NCBI GenBank assembly: GCA_965224085.1
Contig: CBDCYI010000011.1
Coordinates: forward strand, 480,001-544,000
Source: Candidatus Marinacidobacterales bacterium
Lineage (GTDB): Bacteria; Acidobacteriota; Vicinamibacteria; Marinacidobacterales; SMYC01
Reading direction: 5' to 3'
DNA: 64,000 nucleotides
Shown here: positions 8,773 to 20,369 of the stretch, one piece after another
Layout of the letters: each line of letters opens with the position of its first letter
How positions within the stretch are numbered: the stretch's first letter is position 1
Translations under genes and position numbers: made by a program
The notes under the pieces: model-generated
Database searches by the model: none
Seen by the model: the letters and a program-made list of their open reading frames with translations, nothing else
What the model was told of the DNA's origin: nothing

Positions 8773-8909
8773 GGCCCCTCCTCGTGCTGGCACGTTCGTA
8801 TCGCATGCGAGACGTGCGTGTCAAGGACTCGGGCGTGGCGCTTGTGTCCGCGCGTGCCCTGTGCGAGCGCGTTCATTCGTACCGCCTACTAGGATAGACT
8901 TCGCGCGTT

Positions 8910-9459
8910 ATGAGAAACGCGATAGCTATCGTTTCAGGCGTCGTGCTGATCGCGAGCCTGCTCGTTGGATGCGAGAGCGGCGCCGTGACCAACAACGAGT
9001 CCTCACGTCTTTCCTTTGCGATTTCCTTTCCCGAAGAGCTCAGCCCGGAGGCTCTCGATGGCCGCGTGCTGCTGGTGATCTAGGACCGGCGTCATCGATA
9101 GGGAAGTGGCCGACTACATGCGCGAGAACTACGACCTGCGCTACATTCTCGAGCGAGACTGGGCGAGCTTGGGACCGAAGCTCGTCGGCAAGATCCACAT
9201 CTATGTCGGGGAGATGGACAACTCCTATCTCAACAACGCCGTCTACCTCATGGAAGAGTTTCTCGAGAACACGACGGATCCCTACTACGCGGGCGTGGTG
9301 GACTACGAGCCGCGCGCCGGCCATTGCTGGAACGGCGACCACACGAGACCGAACGGGCTTTCGCACCTCAGATACAACGTGATGTACATTCCGAGAATCC
9401 TGGAGCGCATCCGTGAGTCCGCGCCGCCGGGAGCGGATCTGACCAGCTGGCGGTACTAG
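8910..9459 (+). pseudogene. Internally deleted secreted esterase-like (alpha/beta hydrolase) gene
   Basis: Signal peptide plus SFPEELSPEALDGRVLLVI, joined at about 9085 to the C-terminus ENYDLRYILERDWASLGPKLVGKIHIYVGEMD. Confidence 0.65.
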
Positions 9460-9473
9460 CAGGCTCCTCGGAT

Positions 9474-9690
9474 CTATTTCGTCGTCACTGGCCCGAGATA
9501 ACGGTCGAGCCAGTCCAAAGTCTCCCGGAGGATCTCGTTCCTCGGAAGGGGAAGTCCAGGATCTTGACCAGGCCGTCGTCGGTCACCATCACGTTGTCAG
9601 GCTCAGGTCGCGGTGGACGGAACCCGCAGCGTGGGCCTTGCTGAGCCCGTCGCAGATCTGGGTGGCCAGGGCGACCAGCTTCTCTGCTCC
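9474..9690 (-). pseudogene. Ser/Thr kinase remnant fused to a hydrolase-like C-terminal tail
   Basis: ATQICDGLSKAHAAG..HRDL/PDNVMVTDDGLVKILDF then RETLDWLDRYLGPV-stop. Confidence 0.65.
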
Positions 9691-9733
9691 TCTTGTGCTA
9701 CGAGATCAATCGAGCAGTCGCGAGAGCCCGTGC

Positions 9734-12004
9734 CTACCGGCCGAGGTTGAATTGCTTCGTATATTTGACGATGAACTGGCGGCCCAACGGGCCTCTCTCG
9801 ATTCCCGTGCGCTCCAGACCACCTAGGTGCTCCAGGTCGTTGAATACGACGTAGAGCCCCGTTCCTGCAGTCGATAGCCAGCCGAAGCGAATGTTGGTGC
9901 CGAAGTCCTTTGTGTCGCTCACGTATTGGAGCGTGGCCTGGACGAAAACCCGCGGCGTGAATGAGTACGAGTTCTTGAGCGCTACAATCGAGGTGACGAA
10001 ATCGCCTTCTTTGAGGTTGACGTCGAAATAGCTGACACGCAGCGACGTAATGGACTTGTCGCGGTACCGATAGTTCACCGTGGTCTCGGTCCCGACCCGG
10101 CTTCCTGAATAGAACCCTCCCGCATCGATGGTGGTTTGAACCGATAGGGGAGCGCTCAGGTTCGTATTCGCTCTGAACTCCCAATCGACGTTGTCGTAGG
10201 TTCCGGGCGGGATCACGATCCCCTCGCGGATCTCGAAGAATTCTTTGAGCCCTTCGCCGGTGAAGTTCAAGCCGGGGAGCTGGAAGAACGCGCCGTTCGA
10301 GAACTCGAAATGGTTGTCGACGTGGACGACGTAGGTTTCGCTGAAGCCTTCGAGATCCCAGAATTGTCGCCAGGACATGTGGGGCCTCAGCTCTCTGAGC
10401 CAGCTCACGTCCGGAAAACGGTAGGCGCGCAGGACGCGTGCATTGATGTGGCGGTAATCTCGTCGGTTGACGAATCCAACTTCCGGGTTGAACTCGGCGC
10501 CGATCTCGCGATAGGTGGCGGACAGACGCCAGTCGCGCGCATCATATCGGGCACCCAAATTATAGCCATACTCTCCGCTATCGATACCAGGCGTCGTCGT
10601 CCCGGCCACCCAGCCGTTGAAGTTGACGGCCTCACCGATCCCGAGTCTGCCGTCAAAAGCGTAAGTTAAATTGTAGTCGTGCGTCTGGTCCGTATTGACG
10701 CGGGAGACAAAAATGCCGCCGAGGCGGGTGCGATTTTCGAACTCCTGGAAGAGCCGCACAACGCCGAAGTTGTTGGCCGGCTCGACCCGTACGTCCTCGC
10801 CGAGCCCGTCGTCAAAGAGATCCAGATGGCGTGCTTGAATGTTGAGAAACCCCACCTGCATACCGGCGATCTTTCCGGTGAGCCGCACGCCGGCGTCGAT
10901 CGGAACCTCTTCGCCGGAGGAAAGTCCGATCCGCCGGCTGAAGAAGAGCTCGGCCGAGCGGCCCGATCCCACGGAAAAAGTCCCGGCGTTCTCGAGGAAG
11001 AAAGCTCGTTTCTCCGGAAAGAACAAAGGGAAGCGAGTGAGGTTCACCTGTTGATCGTCGACTTCGACTTGCGCGAAGTCGGTATTGACGGTCAAGTCCA
11101 TGGTGAGACTTTGGTTCAGCCCGATCTTCGCCTCGCCTCCGATCGTGCCGTCCAACGCGGCCGACGTGTCGACGGCGTAGTCTCGGGATACGTCTCCGAG
11201 AACATATGGGGTAACCGTGAAAATCCTGTTGGCAGGCGCTTCGAAACCCGTAAGCGTTCCAGCGAGCGAGACTCGATACAAGTTGAAGTGCCGAGGGATC
11301 CCTGACCACACCGATTGCTCGTTCTGGTGTCGAATGTTGCGGGCGAAGTTCACGCCCCAGCTTTGCTCGCCGCCTTTCAGATAGCGAAGGGTCGAGAAGG
11401 GAATACGCAACTCGGCGTACCAGCCCTCATCGTCGATCGATGTGGCCACTTCCCAGGCGCCGTCCCAGTTGAGATTGAACCCACCGCCGGATCCGGCCTG
11501 CTGGCGACGACGGCCACCGCCGCCGCCCTGGCCATCTCGGGTCACTTGGCCGTCGTACTCGATGCCAACCGGAGTCGTGCCAAAAACGAATCCGTTCTGC
11601 CGGTCGAGATAAGTATCGAAAACGACGAGGAACGCGTCGGTATCGTCGAGCGGAGCATCGCGGCGGGTCTCTCCGACGACGATGGTGGACGGATCGTCGA
11701 CATACATCCACGCTCCGATGTAAAGCGCCTCCTCGTCATACACGAGCCGGATCTGGGTGCGCTCCGAGACCGGTTGCCCTTCCACGGGCTCACGCTGAAC
11801 GAAATTGCTCAGGATAGGCGCTCCGGCCCAGGCGTCGTCATCGAGACGTCCGTTGATGAGAGGCCCTTCGCGGACGAGGGCCGCGGAGCCTGCCGGAGCG
11901 CTCTGGCGTGGAGCACCTGCCGGATCCTGAGCTTGGGCGGCGGCTACGAAAAAGAACGCGGCGGCAAGGATTTCAATTTGGCGCAAGGGGACTCTCTGCA
12001 ACAT
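9734..12004 (-). CDS. CBM9-like plus DUF5916 domain outer-membrane protein
   Basis: Signal peptide; INGRLDDDAW; TVNTDFAQVEVDDQQVNLTRFPLFFPEKRAFFLE; beta-strand C-terminus. Confidence 0.88.
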   Translation of the reverse strand: MLQRVPLRQIEILAAAFFFVAAAQAQDPAGAPRQSAPAGSAALVREGPLINGRLDDDAWAGAPILSNFVQREPVEGQPVSERTQIRLVYDEEALYIGAWMYVDDPSTIVVGETRRDAPLDDTDAFLVVFDTYLDRQNGFVFGTTPVGIEYDGQVTRDGQGGGGGRRRQQAGSGGGFNLNWDGAWEVATSIDDEGWYAELRIPFSTLRYLKGGEQSWGVNFARNIRHQNEQSVWSGIPRHFNLYRVSLAGTLTGFEAPANRIFTVTPYVLGDVSRDYAVDTSAALDGTIGGEAKIGLNQSLTMDLTVNTDFAQVEVDDQQVNLTRFPLFFPEKRAFFLENAGTFSVGSGRSAELFFSRRIGLSSGEEVPIDAGVRLTGKIAGMQVGFLNIQARHLDLFDDGLGEDVRVEPANNFGVVRLFQEFENRTRLGGIFVSRVNTDQTHDYNLTYAFDGRLGIGEAVNFNGWVAGTTTPGIDSGEYGYNLGARYDARDWRLSATYREIGAEFNPEVGFVNRRDYRHINARVLRAYRFPDVSWLRELRPHMSWRQFWDLEGFSETYVVHVDNHFEFSNGAFFQLPGLNFTGEGLKEFFEIREGIVIPPGTYDNVDWEFRANTNLSAPLSVQTTIDAGGFYSGSRVGTETTVNYRYRDKSITSLRVSYFDVNLKEGDFVTSIVALKNSYSFTPRVFVQATLQYVSDTKDFGTNIRFGWLSTAGTGLYVVFNDLEHLGGLERTGIERGPLGRQFIVKYTKQFNLGR

Positions 12005-12168
12005 CGTCTTGGCGGACTACACAAGAGATCTATCGAACGACTAGCCGCCTCACGCCCACCAGTAGTCTATCACGGTTGCTGGCCCAACCGCACCGTACGA
12101 GTCGACGCGCCCGTGACCCTGAATGGCCCGTTCTATAGCGCGCAGTCCTTTTTATCCAGGCGGATCTT

Positions 12169-12343
12169 TTGCGTGACATCTACTACACGTTCAAGATCGT
12201 GATGCACGATCGACGGTCTATGCAATATGTCGGCGCAGCGATGTCTGGCATGAGCGAGGAGGCATTCAAACAAATCCTGTTGACGGGTGGCAAGAATCAG
12301 GAAGGAAATCCGCGTCGTGGCAAAAACGTCCTGGAGAGCAACG

Positions 12344-12351
<8 letters not shown>
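12169..12351 (+). pseudogene. ligA: C-terminal fragment of protocatechuate 4,5-dioxygenase alpha subunit
   Basis: IYYTFKI...SMQYVGAAMSGMSEEAFKQILLTGG directly upstream of ligB. Confidence 0.6.
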
Positions 12352-13101
<750 letters not shown>

Positions 13102-13119
13102 TAATCTCGGCGGTGTTCT

Positions 13120-13810
13120 CGGTTTCCGCGGTTCTCTCCGGATGGATCCGAGATCGCTTTCAGCGACAACTACGACGGCAACACCGACGTCTACGTTGTC
13201 GCCACGACCGGCGGTGAGCCACGCCGGATCACGTATCACCCTCTCCCCGACCGTGTGCTCGACTGGACCCCGGGCGGGGCACGGCTGCTCTTCGCCTCAC
13301 GTCGCAAAAGTGGCTCACAGCGATTCAGTCAGCTCTACACTGTGGCTGCGGCTGGCGGGCTACCCGAGAAGCTCCCCGTTCCCTACGGGGAGTTTGGAGC
13401 GTTGTCCACCGACGGACGCTCGCTCGCCTTCACGCCTAAGAGCCGAGGCTTCCGCAATTGGAAGCGCTATCGCGGGGGTATGGCTCCGGAAATTTGGCTG
13501 ATCGATCTCGAAAGCCTCGACGCGCGCAACCTCACCAACAGCGACGCGAACGATGCCCAGCCGATGTGGCACGGCTCGACTCTGTACTACCTCTCCGACC
13601 GCGGCGCCGGCGAGCGCTCCAACATTTAGGCCCTGGACGTCGCGAGCAATGACACTGTTAATGATATGCGCCAGATCACGCAGTTCGCCGATTTCGATGT
13701 GACTTTCCCCGCTAGAGGGCCCAGCGATCTGGTTTGCCAGGCAGGGGGCCGACTCTACCGTATGCCGCTCGAGACGGAGACGCCCGAAGAAGTCGATGTC
13801 GACCTCGTGA
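13120..13810 (+). pseudogene. Tricorn protease (S41) N-terminal propeller fragment
   Basis: SPDGSEIAF..NYDGNTDVYVV; WKRYRGGMAPEIW; premature TAG at 13627; truncated. Confidence 0.75.
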
Positions 13811-13926
13811 ACGTTGCCATTCCCACGAATGACCTCACGATTGTTCTCCCTTAATAATGTTGTTCACGACTCTCGAGTAACAGAGGTCTTGTATCATCTT
13901 TCGGTAGGCGGCACGAGCGAGCCGAA

Positions 13927-14169
13927 TTGGTTCCCGGCTACATGCCCATGGGAGAGACGGGGATGGCCGAGCATGCGAGCCATGCCGCACACATGAAATC
14001 TGTGCGCAATACGCTTCCGATGATGACCGGCGATGGACCCTTCGGTCCGATAGAAATGGGTAGCATGTTTACCGTCGTCAAGATCCGAGAGGGCATCACG
14101 TCTTACGAAGATCCCGGATGGTACGACCACCCGGAAGACACGGTAGCTTGGAAGCAGGCGCCGCCTTGA
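13927..14169 (+). pseudogene. C-terminal fragment of a copper oxidase
   Basis: PGYMPMGETGM...NTLPMMTGDGPFGPIEMGSMFTVVKIRE...YEDPGWYDHP. Confidence 0.7.
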
Positions 14170-14249
14170 TCCGCGCTACTTTTGATTAGGATGGACAAGG
14201 GCGGACGGGGACGAAACGTTTCCGCTGAAACGTTTGATACGAATGGCGC

Positions 14250-14700
14250 TCAGCGCTCTGTGCGCTCGACGTGTCCCCAATCGGAAACGATGGCCCAGCA
14301 CGCCTCTTTGACAGCATTGCCGAGGCTGCGAGTAGAGCCGCTCTCGATGGCGTCGCCGTCGGCGTTGAACACCGCGAATTTGTTGTCTTTCCGCAGGAAC
14401 TTGCCGCCCTCATGTTGGAGCACGAGGATGTAGTCGGCCCGCTCTTCTTTTCGCGTCACGATCAGTTTGGGACATCGGTCGTGGAGCGTCTTCACGATCT
14501 CGGCTGTCTGCGGCTTCGCTCCCCCGGTCACTGCGCCCACACCTTCGTCGAAAATATCGAATTCGCCCCCGACGGACCACGACTCGCTTTCGGGAACGAA
14601 CACGCGGGCGCGCCACTTATCTTTACGTTCGGCGCTCACTGCGCTCGCCACGAGGGTCGGCAGCGAGTAAGAAAACGGTCAGCATGGTTAGTTTAGGCAT
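14250..14700 (-). pseudogene. Secreted hypothetical protein with a 1-nt frameshift in the signal peptide
   Basis: GGAGG RBS and ATG at 14700 are out of frame with RVFVPESESW...GGAKPQTAEIVKT...STRSLGNAVKEAC. Confidence 0.6.
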
Positions 14701-15022
14701 CGTTTGTTTCCTCCGCTGGCTACTTTGCAAAGGCCGTACCAGGCCCTTCGCGCTTCACCGCCGTCGAACCGTCCCGTTCGTCCTTTCCTGGGGACGAGGT
14801 CGCCCACGAATAAGGACGGACGCCGGGGTTCGCCGAGCTTCAAGCATCTCTCGAACGGGCGCGCCCAGGGCCATGCGAACCGCTCGAGCAGGTGAGATCG
14901 TGGGTGAAACAGTAGGTAAAACCGGGTAAAATTCGTCCACCGCAGAGCGGAAACCGGGAGAAGATGGCTGGTGTGCAAAGCCCGCGACGGTGTTACCCTT
15001 TGCACTCCAAGGAGGAGGAATC

Positions 15023-16411
15023 ATGGCGAACCACCAGACGCGCGTCTACGACGAGGTGTTGGAGATGCTCTCTGACGAAGAGAACCCCACGCCTCTGGTG
15101 CGGCTGAGGCGGGTCGTGCCCCTGGCGCAGGCCAAGGTCTACGCCAAGCTGGAGTGGTACAACCCATTCGGCTCCGTCAAGGACCGGATCGCGGCCAACA
15201 TGATCCGCGACGCCCGGGAGAAGGGGCTCCTGCGCGAAGGCCAGCAACTGGTCGAGCCGACCAGCGGGAACACGGGTATGGGTTTGGCGATGATGGCCAA
15301 CGCCCAGGGTTACCAACTGTCGACGCCCCTGTCCAAGTCCATACCGGCGGAGAAGCGAGTCATACTGCGCTTCTTCGGCTCGGCGGTCGAGGAGTTCGAA
15401 GACAGTCTCTGACCGGATCCACGGTCCCCGGAGGGGGCCATTGCGCGGGCCACGGAGTTGGCCGCTGGGCCCAAATTCCACATGCTCAACCAGTACGAGA
15501 ACGAGGCTAACGTCGAGGCCCACATCCACACGACCGGCCCCGAGATCTGGCGCCAAACGGAGGGCAGGATCACCCACTTCGTCGCCAGTCTGGGCACTTG
15601 CGGGACCATCACCGGCAACGGCGGCTTCCTGAAGGGCAAGAACCGGAACATCCAAGTCATCGGCGTGCACCCCGAGGAGGGCCACGACATCCCGGGAGTG
15701 CGCTCGATGCGTCAGCTGAAGCACACCAAGCTCTTCCGGCCGGACAAGTACGACACCCTCGTGGAGGTCAAAAACCGGGAGGCCTACGACATGTGCCTGC
15801 GTCTGGCCCGAGAGGAGAGCCTCATCGCCGGACCCAGCTCGGCCCTCGCTCTCGTCGGCGCCTTGAAGGTGATCGAGGACCAGCCGGACGCCGTGGTCGT
15901 CGTCATCTTCCCGGACAACGTTTTCAAGTACGCCTCCTCATTCGAGCGGCACTTCCCCGATGTCCGGGCTGCCCCCTCGGCCGACGCGCGCCCGGGCGAG
16001 CCCAGCCCGAAGGAGCAGATTCTAACTACGCTGGTGGAGAACTCGCGCAACCCCCACAACACATGGGAGGTGGGAGACTTGCGCGCGGCGCTCGAGGGTC
16101 GGGACGCGCGGCCCTTCCTCCTCGACGTGCGGTCAGCGGAGGTCTACGCGAAGCAGCACGTGGCAGGGGCGGTGAACATCCCCTTCGAGGAGTTGGGGGA
16201 GCGTCGGGACGAGCTGCCCGAGCAGCGTGAAAGCTCGATCGTCACGGTGTGCAACCGCGGCAACCTGTCGATCTCGGGGATGCTCTTTCTGCAGTCGCTC
16301 GGCTACCAGAACGTCCGGAGCCTTAACGGCGGGACGATCGCTTGGGCCGAGCAGGGGCTGCCGACCAACAGCAACAGTCAGCAGCCAGCCGTCTGCGATT
16401 CTAATGGTTAG
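15023..16411 (+). CDS. PLP-dependent cysteine synthase family protein fused to a C-terminal rhodanese; in-frame UGA at codon 130 (putative selenocysteine)
   Basis: AGGAGGAGG RBS; KLEWYNPFGSVKDR, EPTSGNTG, NQYEN, GTCGT, GPSS; rhodanese LDVR...CNRGNLS; ORFs 14990 and 15458 share a frame separated only by TGA 15410-15412. Confidence 0.8.
15423..15439 (+). promoter_or_regulatory. Bacterial SECIS-like hairpin
   Basis: GGTCCCC-GGA-GGGGGCC starting 11 nt after the UGA, with a G-led apical loop at +18. Confidence 0.55.
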
Positions 16412-16461
16412 GATAGCGAGCCAGACCACCTCAACCCATTCAGGCCATTCAGGAGAAAGTC

Positions 16462-17337
16462 ATGTGTGATGAACGGACCGCAAAAGACGCCGAGGAATAC
16501 TTGCGCCGCAATGCAGTGACGCGCCGGGAGTTTGGTAAACGAGGCGCGGGCGCGGCGCTCGCCATGATGCTGCCGCCGGTCGCAAACGCGGTGGACGTTG
16601 TCGGGCAGGATGTCATGGTCGAAACACCGGACGGCATGGCCGACTGCTATTTCGTTCACCCTGCCAGTGGATCACACGCGGCGGTCATCGTCTGGCCTGA
16701 CATTGTCAGCATACGCCCGGCATTTCGCGCGATGGGTAAACGTCTGGCGGAGTCGGGATATTCGGTTCTGGTGGTCAATCCGTACTATCGAACGGTCAAG
16801 GGTGCTGTCGTCCCCGAGGGCAAGACGTTTCGCGATCCCGGGATTCGTGAATTGTTGATGCCGCATGCTCGGACATTGTCGCCGGAAACCTGTGTCCGTG
16901 ACGGGCGCGCCTTCGTCGAATATCTCGATAAGCAGCCATCCGTTGATACCAATCGCAAGATCGGGACGACAGGCTATTGCATGACTGGTTCTTACACGAT
17001 GCGGCTGGCTGCGGCGATTCCGGATCGCATTGGGGCTGGCGGATCCTTCCACGGCGGTGGCCTGGCGACGGACGAGGAAGACAGCCCGCATTTGCTCGCT
17101 TCGAAGATGAAAGCAGGTTTTTTGATCGCGATTGCTGCGAACGACGACGAACGCGATCCCGAAGCGAAAGTGCTTTTACGCGAAGCTTTTGACGCCAACG
17201 GCGTGTCAGCGGAGATCGAAGTCTACGAAGATACGCTTCACGGTTGGTGTCCGCCGGATTCAGCCGTTTACAACAAGGCACAGGCAGAGCGCGCGTGGAG
17301 CAGGTTGCTGGCTTTATTTGAGCGCGCGTTGTCGTAG
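16462..17337 (+). CDS. Dienelactone hydrolase family protein with a Tat-like signal
   Basis: TRREFGK; GYCMTG nucleophile; HGWC; AGGAGA RBS. Confidence 0.9.
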   Translation: MCDERTAKDAEEYLRRNAVTRREFGKRGAGAALAMMLPPVANAVDVVGQDVMVETPDGMADCYFVHPASGSHAAVIVWPDIVSIRPAFRAMGKRLAESGYSVLVVNPYYRTVKGAVVPEGKTFRDPGIRELLMPHARTLSPETCVRDGRAFVEYLDKQPSVDTNRKIGTTGYCMTGSYTMRLAAAIPDRIGAGGSFHGGGLATDEEDSPHLLASKMKAGFLIAIAANDDERDPEAKVLLREAFDANGVSAEIEVYEDTLHGWCPPDSAVYNKAQAERAWSRLLALFERALS

Positions 17338-17425
17338 GGCTCTGACCACGCCGCGGAGCGCGAGCACCTTCTGTTACTTTGGGTAACACCTTGCCCGGGC
17401 GTATTTCCGATCACACGAGATGCAC

Positions 17426-17906
17426 TCAAAGCTCGGCGAACGGGTTGCCGCAGGCGAACGAGTAGGGGTCGTAGTAGCGGACGTATCGAATCTCGCGGTT
17501 CTCGTGGGCGCCGTGATCGAACAAGTCGGTAAAGAGCAGGAAAGTGCTCGCCACGGAGCTCTCTAGCTTTTGAATCGATCCACCGGCAGGCGTTCGATAG
17601 AGAAGATCGGAGTGCCGGTAGATTGGCGCTGCATAGCCGAGCCACCGCAGCGCGACCTGGTCCTCCCGAAGCGCGCGTTTACATAGTCTCGAGCAAACAC
17701 AAGGAGCTCGTCCTCGGTGATGCGGATATAGGGAAGCTGTTTTCGAACGACGCCACGACCAGCTCCGTGGATGTGGTTCGGCGGTAGAGGAGGACTGCGA
17801 CGACAACCGCGAACGCAGAGATACACAGAATGACGAGGCTCCGACGGGAAAGCCGTCGATCCCCGTCGGTTGTGGAGGCAGCCTTCGACGTGTCGGAGCG
17901 CTTCAT
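17426..17906 (-). pseudogene. Hypothetical membrane-anchored protein broken by two frameshifts
   Basis: Three overlapping partial frames (TM anchor; ITEDELLVFARDY; YVRYYDPYSFACGNPFAEL). Confidence 0.5.
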
Positions 17907-18059
17907 AGATGCCGCCCCACCCACAAAGAAATAGCCGACAAAGTCAATGTCGGGTTCGCCGGCGCTGTGGTCGGAAACGTACCGCTTCCGAGAACAACCA
18001 AGTTCCTACTGGAATGGTGCACGAGATGCCGGTCGATGATGCTCGACTCCGGGTCGTTT

Positions 18060-18263
18060 CCCATAGAAGTCATCACCGGTTACGAAGCCATATTTGATAT
18101 GAACATCTCCTGGAGGTTGGTCGAAATGCAAGAAACCAACGGGCGGAACGACCACCCGACCTTCGGAATAGAGAACGAAGCCGGTTTCGATCTCCCTGAT
18201 GAGTTGGGGAGAATCGATCATTCGCTTGATCTCGTCGAGTTTGAGTACTGTAGTCACCGGCAT
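18060..18263 (-). pseudogene. N-terminal fragment of an ornithine cyclodeaminase/mu-crystallin family protein
   Basis: IETGFVLYSEGRVVVPPVGFLHFDQPPGDVHIKYG, then breaks off. Confidence 0.7.
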
Positions 18264-18729
18264 GTCTCCTCGGCTGAAATGGCGGATTTATATGCGAATC
18301 GGAACCAGTCCGGGTGAAATAAAGTACAGGTAGCCCACGTCAGCGCACTTTGGTGGACAACTGGCTGTTTCGCCAGCGAAAACGGTGTCGTTCTCGAGCT
18401 CGAAGACCCACTCCTCTCCGAGCTCAGCATCGTCACTACCCGCCCCGGCATCTCTCTCTTGTTAGAATATTCGTGAGCCAGACGTCCGCTCATGGTCCAT
18501 GGCCAAACTTTTGACCAAAGAAATCGCCCTCGTTCCAGGTAGGACGTTGTTCTTCCATCGCGATGCGGTAGCCCACGCGCATCGCGGCACGTGAGAACCT
18601 CAATGTTGTCTCCCATTCGATCGGTTGAGACAGATCATCCGAAGGATGATGGTATTGAACGTTAAGAAATTCCTCCTGAACGGCGCGCCCGTCCCTCGGT
18701 GTTCAATGATTTGACTGAGCGATTCGGCT

Positions 18730-19070
18730 CGGACGCGACGTCGCGATCAAAGTCCTTCCTGAGGAGTTCGTGAAGGACGACGAACGATCCGCGAGATTCG
18801 AGCGGGAAGCCAAACTTCTCGCCGCGTCGACGAAGCACACAGCGTGCTCTAGCGTCTGGACGAGCTGGCCGAGACGCGATACGTCTCACCGATCCAGAGC
18901 GCGAACGTCTACGCGGGCCTCGGAGACTTGGACAGGTTCTTCGAGTGGATGGAGCGCGCGAACGAAGAGCGAGCGAGTTGCTGCTACGCGCGTGTTTTCG
19001 GTGGGGCGAGGATGTCGAACGAGACCCGCGATTCGCCGAGCTGCTGCGCCGCGTCGGACTCGAAGAATAG
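18730..19070 (+). pseudogene. Internally deleted Ser/Thr kinase-TPR gene
   Basis: DVAIKVLPEEF...RFEREAKLLA joined to YVSPIQSANVYAGLGDLDRFFEWMERA...DPRFAELLRRVGL. Confidence 0.65.
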
Positions 19071-19120
19071 AGCCTGCTGTCCCCGCGGTCTTTCTGGGGT
19101 ACGGGGCCAAAGAGAGACTT

Positions 19121-19152
19121 GCCATCAAGCTATAATGATGGCGTGCTATAAT
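19121..19152 (+). promoter_or_regulatory. TA promoter and operator: GCCATCA-N8-TGATGGC inverted repeat and extended -10 TGcTATAAT, 6 nt before the ATG (leaderless)
   Basis: Directly visible. Confidence 0.65.
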
Positions 19153-19158
19153 AGTGGT

Positions 19159-19428
19159 ATGAATCAAATGACCACGACCGTTCGCCTTCCCGAGGATCTG
19201 TACGAAGCTTTGCGTAGACGTGCATTTGAAGAGCGGCGCCCAGTGGCCGAGCTCATCCGCGAGGCGCTGCGACGGTTTGTGGACCTGCCACGCGAACCCT
19301 CGCCCTTGCCAGAGCTCGAGTCAGACCCATTCTGGAAGGCGGTCGGTACTATCGATGGCGGGCCGAGTGACGAGTCGATCGAGCATGACCATTACCTGTA
19401 CGGTGCACCGAAGAAGGGCCGCCGGTGA
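19159..19428 (+). CDS. CopG/RHH antitoxin (VapB-like)
   Basis: TTVRLPEDLYEALRRRA...VAELIREAL; EHDHYLYG tail; GTGA overlap with the toxin. Confidence 0.85.
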   Translation: MNQMTTTVRLPEDLYEALRRRAFEERRPVAELIREALRRFVDLPREPSPLPELESDPFWKAVGTIDGGPSDESIEHDHYLYGAPKKGRR

Positions 19429-19823
19429 GAGTCTTCGTCGACACATCGGCTCTCGTCGCACTCGCTAACCCTTCGGACGGCATGCACGCTCCTGCAAAAA
19501 GCTGCTTGAGGGACCTGAACAAAGCTGACTTGATAACGAGCGACTATGTGCTCGACGAGATGTTGACTCGCTGGCTCACGACGGGCCGGGCGCGGCGCGG
19601 CTTCGAGTTTCTCGACGCCATCCTCGAGAGCCCGCGGTACACGCTTGCCTTCGTTGACCGCACGGTCTTCGACCTCGCGAGGCAGCGCGCCGAAGCTTAT
19701 CAAGAACACCGCCTATCGTTCACCGACTGCACCAACGTCGTCTTCGTTCAAGAGATGCGCCTCGACGGGATCTTCGCATTCGACGATGGCTTCTCGCGCG
19801 TCGGACAAAACGTCTTGCCTTAG
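19425..19823 (+). CDS. vapC: PIN-domain toxin (VapC family)
   Basis: VFVDTSA...YVLDE...SFTDC...FAFDDGF acidic tetrad. Confidence 0.9.
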   Translation: MRVFVDTSALVALANPSDGMHAPAKSCLRDLNKADLITSDYVLDEMLTRWLTTGRARRGFEFLDAILESPRYTLAFVDRTVFDLARQRAEAYQEHRLSFTDCTNVVFVQEMRLDGIFAFDDGFSRVGQNVLP

Positions 19824-19899
19824 AGTGGCTCTCCGAGCAGCGCAGGAAGGCGCAGGGCTGCCAGGAGCACAGCATCGTGAGCTCTGCACAAGCCAATCT

Positions 19900-20186
19900 T
19901 TCTACAAGAGTATGATCCGTCACTTTTTTCGAAGCCCGCGCTAGCGCTTTGCGTAGGAGATAGGTTTGCTGCCGTTGCGCGTGATTCAAGCGTCCCTCCA
20001 AGGTGTCTTGGTAATCACGGTTATACTCACGGCACTTCCGACGCCGGGCCTTCCCACTGCAAGCCTCGCCGCAGTAGCGTTGGCCGTGCTCGCACTTGCG
20101 GCAGACATAGAACATTTCGCTACACCGATAGCCTCCACCGAGTTTCCTCTGACGGGGGCGAGTCGGAAATGCTGGACGGGCCCATG
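19900..20186 (-). pseudogene. Remnant of a Cys-rich basic ORF of a kind usually found at mobile-element ends
   Basis: VCRKCEHGQRYCGEACSGKARRRKCREYNRDYQDTLEGRLNHAQRQ; the mobile association is from recollection and no transposase follows. Confidence 0.45.
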
Positions 20187-20369
20187 CGCGAAAAACGGGA
20201 GAAGAGCCTGAGGTTTCCTGATCCGCTTCCCGGTGGTAGGGCTGTGCTATTCACCATGGGCACCGCCGACATGGAAACGTGGGATGACGCGACGATCGCC
20301 GTACTCTCTCTCTCGAAAACGGCGAGATCCGCACGCTGATAGAAGGCGGGACGAACGCCCGCTACAGCT

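Noticed and set aside
13627-13629. In-frame TAG in the tricorn fragment (and at 21169) as pyrrolysine or read-through
   Set aside because: Both fit TGG-to-TAG changes at expected Trp positions in genes that are also truncated or frameshifted.
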